Of a stretch of DNA of 64,000 nucleotides, positions 57,501 to 64,000 are shown one piece after another. Below the pieces are notes generated by a model, which was given only the letters and a program-made list of their open reading frames with translations, did not search any database and was not told the origin of the DNA. Source of the stretch: a virus; the IMG/VR virus record IMGVR_UViG_3300030430_004991, positions 15,298 through 79,297 of that record. One strand, given 5' to 3'. Positions within the stretch are counted from its first letter, which is position 1. Every line of letters starts with the position of its first letter. The position numbers and the translations under genes are program-made.

Positions 57501-58738
57501 TTCAGTTCCGCAAACAAAGCATCAAGTTCTTCGTCTGTTGTTATAGCAAGAGTATTTGGTGTAATATTTTCTACAAAGCCCTTAAATAAAACTTCATCTC
57601 TAAATTTTGAATCTACAATGTCCTGTGCTGTTTCTGCTAGTTTTAACATTTTATCATGATTCTTATAAGCCTTTCGCAAAGCCATTTTGTAAGATCCTTG
57701 ATCAGCATTGGCCCACATTGAATCTGCCTCAAGTACCCCGGGCCAATGTGCTTCTTTTTGAATTGGTTGCATTGTGTAGTCAACCTTGTTGAAGTAATCC
57801 TTTCCATCATGATGCAAAAAATCAAGTTGTCCAGACCAACCAATTGTTGTAACCGGCAATCCTTCTCGGGCTGCTTCAAACATTGGGAGGCCAAAACCCT
57901 CACCATGTGCGATGTTAATCATGTTTTTAACTTTCTCATGTTGATAGAGCCAAGTCATTTGACCGGGGGTGAGATCTCCATGTATAAGATTGATGGAGCA
58001 CTTACGATCTTCATAGCCCTCAAGCATTTGAGAAACTCGCTCATGAAGATGTTCCCAATCCATAATTGAATTTGAAGCAATGTTAGTCTTAATAATTAAT
58101 CCAACCTCTTGATCGATGAATTCCTCAACAAACCATTTAACCATGTTCTCGAAATTCTTACGAGGAGAGATCTGGGATACTGCTAAGAAATTAAAGTCGT
58201 GTCTTGGCTTAAACTCATTAATTGGTTCTGGTTCGTGGCGTGGTGTGTTTTCCCAAACCACTTCCACAGGTGTTTCACATTTGTACGGGAATGTTTCGCC
58301 GGTTTGCTTATTTTGTGCTTGGGCGACAGTATTTACAATAGAAGACTTTGCATGATTTGAAACAACCAATACCTTGTCCATGTCATTGCATTTTGGCAAC
58401 CAATGAGGTGAACACTTGTGCGTCTCTATACCTGCAGTATAACCAATGTTAACTGGGGCAATTTTTTCAAATTCATTGGGAATCGTTACCTGAAGAGACA
58501 TGTCTACTTGAAGTTGTTTTCTCTGGATCAATACTTGTGTCAGGGTGATACGTTCATCCATCCACTCACGAAACTCAGATTGTTCCCAAATCCATCCAGT
58601 TTTTCCCCATGGTATTGGAACAATAAAAATGTCAAACAAATCTTCTCGTGATTTCAATGCTCTCAGAGCAAAGCGAGATTGCTCTCCATAACCTGATTGG
58701 GAAAGGACAGGGCCTCTAACTAAAATTTTCTTTTTCAC
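57497..58738 (-). CDS. glycosyltransferase family 4-like
   Basis: SGYG, PRKNF, GEGFGLPMFEAA..GLPV. Confidence 0.88.
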   Translation of the reverse strand: MKKKILVRGPVLSQSGYGEQSRFALRALKSREDLFDIFIVPIPWGKTGWIWEQSEFREWMDERITLTQVLIQRKQLQVDMSLQVTIPNEFEKIAPVNIGYTAGIETHKCSPHWLPKCNDMDKVLVVSNHAKSSIVNTVAQAQNKQTGETFPYKCETPVEVVWENTPRHEPEPINEFKPRHDFNFLAVSQISPRKNFENMVKWFVEEFIDQEVGLIIKTNIASNSIMDWEHLHERVSQMLEGYEDRKCSINLIHGDLTPGQMTWLYQHEKVKNMINIAHGEGFGLPMFEAAREGLPVTTIGWSGQLDFLHHDGKDYFNKVDYTMQPIQKEAHWPGVLEADSMWANADQGSYKMALRKAYKNHDKMLKLAETAQDIVDSKFRDEVLFKGFVENITPNTLAITTDEELDALFAELK

Positions 58739-60000
58739 GCTACCTCCACAAATCTAATGCCGCAATAACCTTTACGATTTTCCCAAGAACCTTCTTCTTC
58801 GTAAACTTCATCCATTAACTCAACCCATGTAGAATTGAAATTTTTAAAGTTATAATTCTTTTCAACATGTTGTCTACCCTTCATACCCATCTTACGTCTT
58901 TCTTCAGCAGAAATGTCATAAATCTTTGACAATGCAGACATAAATTGACCTTTATCGATACGGTCTTCAAAAATATAAGGAACATCTTGAGACCCAATAA
59001 TCGCTTTAGACGAAGGGAGGAGGGGTATACCAAACCAATCAGTTCCATCGGTAACCTGTTCTTGTAGACCACCAGTCATGTTAACAATTATAGGCGTTCC
59101 ACAAGACAGGGATTCCAAAGTTGCAAGACCAAAGCCTTCAGCATCTGAAATATTAATTGTGCAATCAGCCATGTTGTACATAGCCGCTAAATGTTCGGGG
59201 GGAACTTTTTGAGTTGACAAAAGTACTTGTCGGTTATCGAGCCCAAGATGTTCGATAATGTGATTAAGATTTTGACCATGTGGATCTCTAGGGTCGGTAT
59301 GCATGATCAATTGTGCTTTATCATGAAGATTATTCTTATCCAGCCACTCCTTAAACCACCAGATTAAAGTACCCGATTGTTTTCGTCGAGCGTTTCTGTT
59401 GTTCCAAAAGAAAATGATTTTGCCACGATCTGATTCTGGGAGGGAATCAGCGCGAAGTTTTTCTATTTGCTCTTGATTTAATGGCTTAAAGATTTCACCA
59501 TTCACAGCATGAGGTATGTATTTTCGTTTAACCTCAGGCGCTGCTTTGGCAACAATGTCATCTGTTACTTTCGAAATAGTTGCTATAGCATCATTTGAAA
59601 GATAATACTTTCTATTAAACATCGGCACAGGATAGTTATCCCATACATGATAATAAACCATTGGCACCAATGGTCTAATTTCGTTTTCAATTGACCACAA
59701 CCAACCAAAAAATCTAGGGTCGGTCATAAACCATAAAATGTCCGGCTTTTCCGTTCGAAGAACTGAACGAATCATTTCCGGTGTTCCGTAACCATCGACA
59801 GGAATTATTTTCCAATCTTCCCCATAAGGTTCTACTGTTTTTGGTGTGTAGTCTTGATGTTTAATTGCTCCACCAAATGAAACAATAGAATACCGTCCGG
59901 TGTTAAGGAGAGCCTCGCAAACATATTTTGTTTGACTTCCAACACCGGACGGAGACAAGGGATGGTCTGATAATGTTAATACTTTAATTTTCTTTTCCAA
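58735..60000 (-). CDS. glycosyltransferase family 4
   Basis: RNARRK, AEGFGLATLESLSCGTPII; TTG start after GAGG. Confidence 0.9.
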   Translation of the reverse strand: MEKKIKVLTLSDHPLSPSGVGSQTKYVCEALLNTGRYSIVSFGGAIKHQDYTPKTVEPYGEDWKIIPVDGYGTPEMIRSVLRTEKPDILWFMTDPRFFGWLWSIENEIRPLVPMVYYHVWDNYPVPMFNRKYYLSNDAIATISKVTDDIVAKAAPEVKRKYIPHAVNGEIFKPLNQEQIEKLRADSLPESDRGKIIFFWNNRNARRKQSGTLIWWFKEWLDKNNLHDKAQLIMHTDPRDPHGQNLNHIIEHLGLDNRQVLLSTQKVPPEHLAAMYNMADCTINISDAEGFGLATLESLSCGTPIIVNMTGGLQEQVTDGTDWFGIPLLPSSKAIIGSQDVPYIFEDRIDKGQFMSALSKIYDISAEERRKMGMKGRQHVEKNYNFKNFNSTWVELMDEVYEEEGSWENRKGYCGIRFVEVA

Positions 60001-60024
60001 GTTATACCTCTTGTTGTTATTATT

Positions 60025-60053
60025 AGTATAACATGCTTATTTTCATTTGTCAA
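60025..60053 (-). promoter_or_regulatory. sigma70-type early promoter of the glycan operon
   Basis: TTGACA-17 nt-TATACT with TG extended -10; A/T tract upstream. Confidence 0.85.
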
Positions 60054-60079
60054 GAAAAAAAATTATTTTTTTTTATTTT

Positions 60080-60835
60080 TTATTTGCAATGCTCTGTTTT
60101 ATAAAATTCACACTTAGAGCATGACCTTCTATCTTTAACGTGATTACCTTTAACAATGTGTACAAGGGCAGTTGTTAGAAGTTTTGTAGCGTTTTCAATC
60201 TTACGAGGCCCTGATGTTACGCGGAAGAACTCAACGTTATCTTTTTTTGCTGTTCTTTTTAAAAGAGCGAAATGTGTCTCGACCAATTTGGGATCAACTT
60301 CGTATTTCTCACACCAAAATTTCTTGTATAAAGTAAGTTGATAAGTGATGTATTTATCTGCTTTCTTTTTAGCATCCCATCCCCACGAACAAGTCTTCCA
60401 GTCTATGATGTGAAACTTTCCGTCATTTGTTCTAATTACGAGATCAATGAAGCCTTTAAACTTGTAGGGTACATCTCCATCCTTGATGTCTTCGTACAAC
60501 TGTTCTTCGACAGAAAACACCTCAAATTCGCCAAAGTTTTCAGTAAGTTGAGGGATGATTAGGGGATGTATTTGCTTAGCTTGTTCTCTCATTTGTGAGA
60601 TGAGATCATTTTCTTCTTTACCAATTGAAGCAAGTTCTTTTTCAAACGCTAAATTAAAAAAATCTTCTGGGTCTTCAACTTTATCAAAAACAAGATGCTC
60701 GCATAAAAAATGAAGCGCTTTTCCAAACGCTGTAAATTCATTTCCAATAAACTTTTTGACCCTATCAACATAGGAAAGTTTTCTTTTAAATGGGCACTCA
60801 GCCCACGTTTTAAGTTCAGAATAAGATATGTGCAT
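60080..60835 (-). CDS. PD-(D/E)XK Cas4/AddB-like exonuclease
   Basis: ISYS...ECP, G...H, GFIDLV, IIDWKT, YQL..Y, CSKC...C. Confidence 0.87.
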   Translation of the reverse strand: MHISYSELKTWAECPFKRKLSYVDRVKKFIGNEFTAFGKALHFLCEHLVFDKVEDPEDFFNLAFEKELASIGKEENDLISQMREQAKQIHPLIIPQLTENFGEFEVFSVEEQLYEDIKDGDVPYKFKGFIDLVIRTNDGKFHIIDWKTCSWGWDAKKKADKYITYQLTLYKKFWCEKYEVDPKLVETHFALLKRTAKKDNVEFFRVTSGPRKIENATKLLTTALVHIVKGNHVKDRRSCSKCEFYKTEHCK

Positions 60836-61506
60836 TAGTCCTCCATTTTGTACAATTCTTTTATTTTTCTAAAAAGAACCGGGCAAGTCTGCTTGAGTTC
60901 TTTTTTGTTTCCCATAGCATACTCCTCAAATCCTCTAGCAAAATATTCTCGGATAGATGTTGCAGCATAAGGTGACGGGAATAGTCCACCAACAAAATGC
61001 CACATTACATCATAGGTGACATCGTCATGAAGATAGTCATCTATTTTTTGTATGTATTCAGTTTTATATTGTAGTTCAGTTGGTGGGCTATAATCGTGAG
61101 TCTGTAGGTCCATGAACAATCTTTTTCTCTTTCCCAAAAACTCTCTTTCTATGGCTCCATCATCGTAAATTCCATGTCCATACATTTCTTCAACAGAGTG
61201 TGCTATTTCATGAATTATATCATCAATCATGTCTTTATCATCGTCTTGATCATTTGTCAAATAAACGGCTCCATCTTGATACATAGCGTTGGCTCCTTTG
61301 TCATCTAGATGTTTAAATTTTCCAACATAAATCATGTCGACACCACGAAGTAACTGGTATGGTATTCTATTCTTTATATACTTAAGAATAAAATCCATAT
61401 TAATATGCTCAGGAAGAGCGTCTTTAATAAAAATTTCTATATCATGCAAACTGTAGGTGTCCTTTAAAGATTTTGATTTTTTCATAGATTCACTTAACCA
61501 TTTCAT
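60835..61506 (-). CDS. HEXXH zinc metallopeptidase-like protein
   Basis: IIHEIAH plus distal SPYA..SIREYFA; start most likely ATG 61506, 6 nt after GGAG. Confidence 0.65.
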   Translation of the reverse strand: MKWLSESMKKSKSLKDTYSLHDIEIFIKDALPEHINMDFILKYIKNRIPYQLLRGVDMIYVGKFKHLDDKGANAMYQDGAVYLTNDQDDDKDMIDDIIHEIAHSVEEMYGHGIYDDGAIEREFLGKRKRLFMDLQTHDYSPPTELQYKTEYIQKIDDYLHDDVTYDVMWHFVGGLFPSPYAATSIREYFARGFEEYAMGNKKELKQTCPVLFRKIKELYKMED

Positions 61507-61528
61507 TATCATCTCCAATTATATTAAT

Positions 61529-61557
61529 AATATAACAGAGTATTATTTAATTGTCAA
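61529..61557 (-). promoter_or_regulatory. sigma70-type early promoter
   Basis: TTGACA-17 nt-TATATT with TG extended -10. Confidence 0.8.
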
Positions 61558-61568
61558 ATAAAAAGATG

Positions 61569-61576
61569 TAATTAGT
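61569..61576 (-). promoter_or_regulatory. putative late promoter ACTAATTA
   Basis: Directly after the phoH stop, in tandem with the sigma70 promoter. Confidence 0.4.
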
Positions 61577-62896
61577 TTACAAAACCTTGGACGCCAGTGT
61601 AGCAATCTTAGACCTTTCGCCTTTCTTGAAAGTGATGTGGCCAACCAATTCAGAATCCTTAAATTTCTCAATTGCATACGTCAAGCCATTAGAAGTTTCA
61701 TTTGTATAAATGTTGTCAATCTGTTCAATGTCGCCTGTCAGTATAACTTTGGTTCCTTCACCAACTCGGGTTATAATTGTTTTGACTTCATGTGCTGTGA
61801 GGTTTTGGGCTTCATCAATAATAATGAATGCATTTGAAATAGATCTACCACGGATGTAAGTAAGAGCCTCGACTTCTATGAGGCCTTGTTCGAAGTAAGA
61901 TTTAAATTTATGTTTGTTTCCAAGAATAAATTCAAGGTTATCATGTATTGGCATAAGCCATGGAAGCATTTTCTCTTCCATTGTTCCCGGAAGGAAACCT
62001 ATGTCTTTTCCCATGGGTTGAACCGGGCGCGACACAACAATCTTTTTATATTTTCTCTCGCCAAACCCAAGAACTTGTTCAAGTCCAGCGGCGATTGCCA
62101 TAAGAGTCTTACCGGACCCTGCTCTTCCGATTAAAGAGATAAGCGGGATGTCATCATCAAACAGTAAATCATAGGCAAATGTCTGCTCTTTATTGCGAGG
62201 AACAACACCCCAAGACTTGGAGTAGTCCTTAACGTTGATTGACTTTAGGGGACTTTTAAATTCCAAAAATCGGCAAATGGCGGACTTTTTTGGATTGCTT
62301 GATGAAATGAGAAGAAGAAACTGGTTTGGATATAGTTTTACCTTTACCGACGCCTCTTCTAGAAACATGTCTTCTCCCTCATAAAATCTTTCGATAAACT
62401 CGTCATCAACAAGAACTTCCGCGAAGCCTTCGTATACTTTATCTTTGTCTTCAACGATTGAATTTGTCTCGTAGTCTTCGGAAAGCAGACCAAGAGAATC
62501 GGCGATAACTCGCATGTTTATGTCGCGAGATACAACAATAACTTTTCTTCTCTCGTTCTCTTTGCTCTCATGAAAAGCAACAGATAGGATTTGATGATCG
62601 GCAACGTTGAAGTCGAGATCCTTTGGGAGATCCGAGGATGCTTTTGCAACTCTTATGATTCCCATACCCTTTCCGATACGCAAGCCTTTTGAAAGAGAGC
62701 CCTTTGTTCGGAGAGCATCGAGGTGCTTGATAATAAGACGAGCATTGAAACCAACGGAGTCTTGTCGTTTCTTGTGCTTATCAATTTCCTCAAGAACTTT
62801 TATCGGTATAACGATGTCGTTGTTCTTAAAACGATAAAGTGCGTTAGCGTCACTTAAAAAGACGCTTGTATCAATAACATAAGTTTTCTTTGCCAT
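61577..62896 (-). CDS. phoH: PIN-PhoH (PhoH2/YlaK-type) protein
   Basis: PIN domain VIDTSVF..EEID..AD..SRDINMR; PhoH domain GRAGSGKT, GFLPG, RGRS, IIDEAQN, GDIEQID. Confidence 0.95.
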   Translation of the reverse strand: MAKKTYVIDTSVFLSDANALYRFKNNDIVIPIKVLEEIDKHKKRQDSVGFNARLIIKHLDALRTKGSLSKGLRIGKGMGIIRVAKASSDLPKDLDFNVADHQILSVAFHESKENERRKVIVVSRDINMRVIADSLGLLSEDYETNSIVEDKDKVYEGFAEVLVDDEFIERFYEGEDMFLEEASVKVKLYPNQFLLLISSSNPKKSAICRFLEFKSPLKSINVKDYSKSWGVVPRNKEQTFAYDLLFDDDIPLISLIGRAGSGKTLMAIAAGLEQVLGFGERKYKKIVVSRPVQPMGKDIGFLPGTMEEKMLPWLMPIHDNLEFILGNKHKFKSYFEQGLIEVEALTYIRGRSISNAFIIIDEAQNLTAHEVKTIITRVGEGTKVILTGDIEQIDNIYTNETSNGLTYAIEKFKDSELVGHITFKKGERSKIATLASKVL

Positions 62897-64000
62897 TTAT
62901 CTTCCTTTGTGCATTAATTCTCTTATGAGAGGTTTTAATTTTCTTGCTATCTTTTCTTCTAGGTCTATAAGTTTCTTGAATTCTTCCTTGGAAAAGAGTT
63001 CTATAAATTTCTTTTTTGCCAAATCATAGACTTGTTCTTTGGCTGGTTTGGCTAACCAAAAATTCCCTTTTTCATTTCCATTGATAATATTTATCAATTC
63101 TTCTTTATCTTCTTTTGTTGCATTTTTTATAGTAGCCCTAGCAACCTTTTCAAGTTTTTTGCGCCAAGGACCTTTTAGTTTATCGGATACATACTTGTTT
63201 CCAAAATACCGTCTATCTATTTCTAAAAAATCTTTAACTGTTTCTGCGTATTTTATGTTTTTTATTGCGTACCTTGTCTTCTGTATTTTTTTCTTGTGCT
63301 TTATGTCCCGATGTGTAAATAAATATGAAACAATTTGAAAAAAACTTGGGTCCTCGTAGTAATCCTCTTCTTTCTTTAGTTGATCTAGTATTTCTTCAAA
63401 TTGATCGTCTGGAATGTCTTCGAGATTGACTTTTTTACTTAGTTCTTTCGCTGTGTCTTTTGGAGTTTCATTATTATCGGCTGCTTTTTTCACTGTGTTG
63501 ACTATGATTTCAGTAGGATTTTCCTCAACCGGTTGTAATTCTAGAGGAATATCATCAAGAGAACTGTTGTGATCTTGTGCAGTTGTTGTCATAAATTTTT
63601 TAAATTCCTTGTTCGCTTTGTTTCTCTGTACTCTTAATAGTGCTCTTGCTATATCTTTCTTTTTGTCTCCATCAATCAAATTAAAAAATTCTTCCGCTTT
63701 TTTTAGTTCTATTCCTGTTAATTCTACAATTAGTTTAATCTTTTCTTGATCGGTTTCCGGAAATTCTCCGATCTTTTGCAAAGTCTCATTGTCAACTGCT
63801 TCGCTTATACGTCCGTCATGTATGAATTTATGAAGTTGGTTTAGCGCAAAGGCCTCGTCAGATGTGAATTGTTCTTCATCCTTTAGTGGAACTAATCTTC
63901 CTAGATGCGCGTCAAAAAAATTATAAAAATTCATACTGGCCATGGATGCATCAATCGGCACAAATTCTTCTGAATCTTCCTCTGTAAAATCATAGTCGAA
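62897..64000 (-). CDS. 3' part of a charged helical hypothetical protein (5'-truncated by the window)
   Basis: Frame stays open from 63961 to the window end (13 more codons); C-terminus LEEKIARKLKPLIRE. Confidence 0.75.
   Translation of the reverse strand, partial: FDYDFTEEDSEEFVPIDASMASMNFYNFFDAHLGRLVPLKDEEQFTSDEAFALNQLHKFIHDGRISEAVDNETLQKIGEFPETDQEKIKLIVELTGIELKKAEEFFNLIDGDKKKDIARALLRVQRNKANKEFKKFMTTTAQDHNSSLDDIPLELQPVEENPTEIIVNTVKKAADNNETPKDTAKELSKKVNLEDIPDDQFEEILDQLKKEEDYYEDPSFFQIVSYLFTHRDIKHKKKIQKTRYAIKNIKYAETVKDFLEIDRRYFGNKYVSDKLKGPWRKKLEKVARATIKNATKEDKEELINIINGNEKGNFWLAKPAKEQVYDLAKKKFIELFSKEEFKKLIDLEEKIARKLKPLIRELMHKGR

Noticed and set aside
60054-60079. A-tract/T-tract inverted repeat as a terminator
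   Set aside because: Stem is A/T only; better explained as an UP element of the 60025-60053 promoter
60080-60835. Cas4-like gene as part of a CRISPR-Cas system
   Set aside because: No array or other cas genes; stand-alone Cas4-like nucleases are common in phages
1-64000. Stop-codon reassignment, introns, inteins, tRNAs
   Set aside because: Code 11 yields contiguous full-length genes using all three stops; terminase, primase and PhoH are of normal length; intergenic gaps are too short and no cloverleaf was seen

Overview
This window is a gene-dense, AT-rich segment of a large T4-like (probably jumbo) myophage genome. Almost every gene is on the minus strand, and the standard genetic code gives intact ORFs. 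Reading in the direction of transcription (right to left), it holds: (1) a truncated putative internal-head protein, PIN-PhoH, a HEXXH peptidase and a Cas4-like PD-(D/E)XK nuclease; (2) a ~13.7 kb operon of glycosyltransferases and sugar-modifying enzymes (methyltransferase, WbdD-like kinase-methyltransferase, PIG-L deacetylase, WbqC, epimerase, UDP-Glc dehydrogenase) that ends in a gp55-like late sigma factor; (3) a ~32 kb baseplate/tail module (M15 peptidase lysin, gp25, gp6, a LamG-rich gp7-like wedge, paralogous DUF3751-like proteins); (4) an early island of RuvC, primase, SprT protease and an Mre11-Rad50 single-chain fusion; (5) a late block with an enlarged DEDDh exonuclease, a holin/spanin-like cassette, large terminase and portal. 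Two promoter classes can be read directly from the sequence: five TTGACA-17-TAnnnT extended -10 sigma70 promoters and a recurrent CTA(T/A/C)TTA putative late motif. The most notable items are a hairpin-gated late exonuclease carrying a recurrent terminal tag (MKIRILKE-like), the glycan operon coupled to the late sigma, the SprT plus Mre11-Rad50 unit, and a holin-like protein with a metallothionein-like N-terminus. No tRNA, rRNA, CRISPR array or mobile element was recognised. All family assignments rest on motifs read by eye; no database searches were run.
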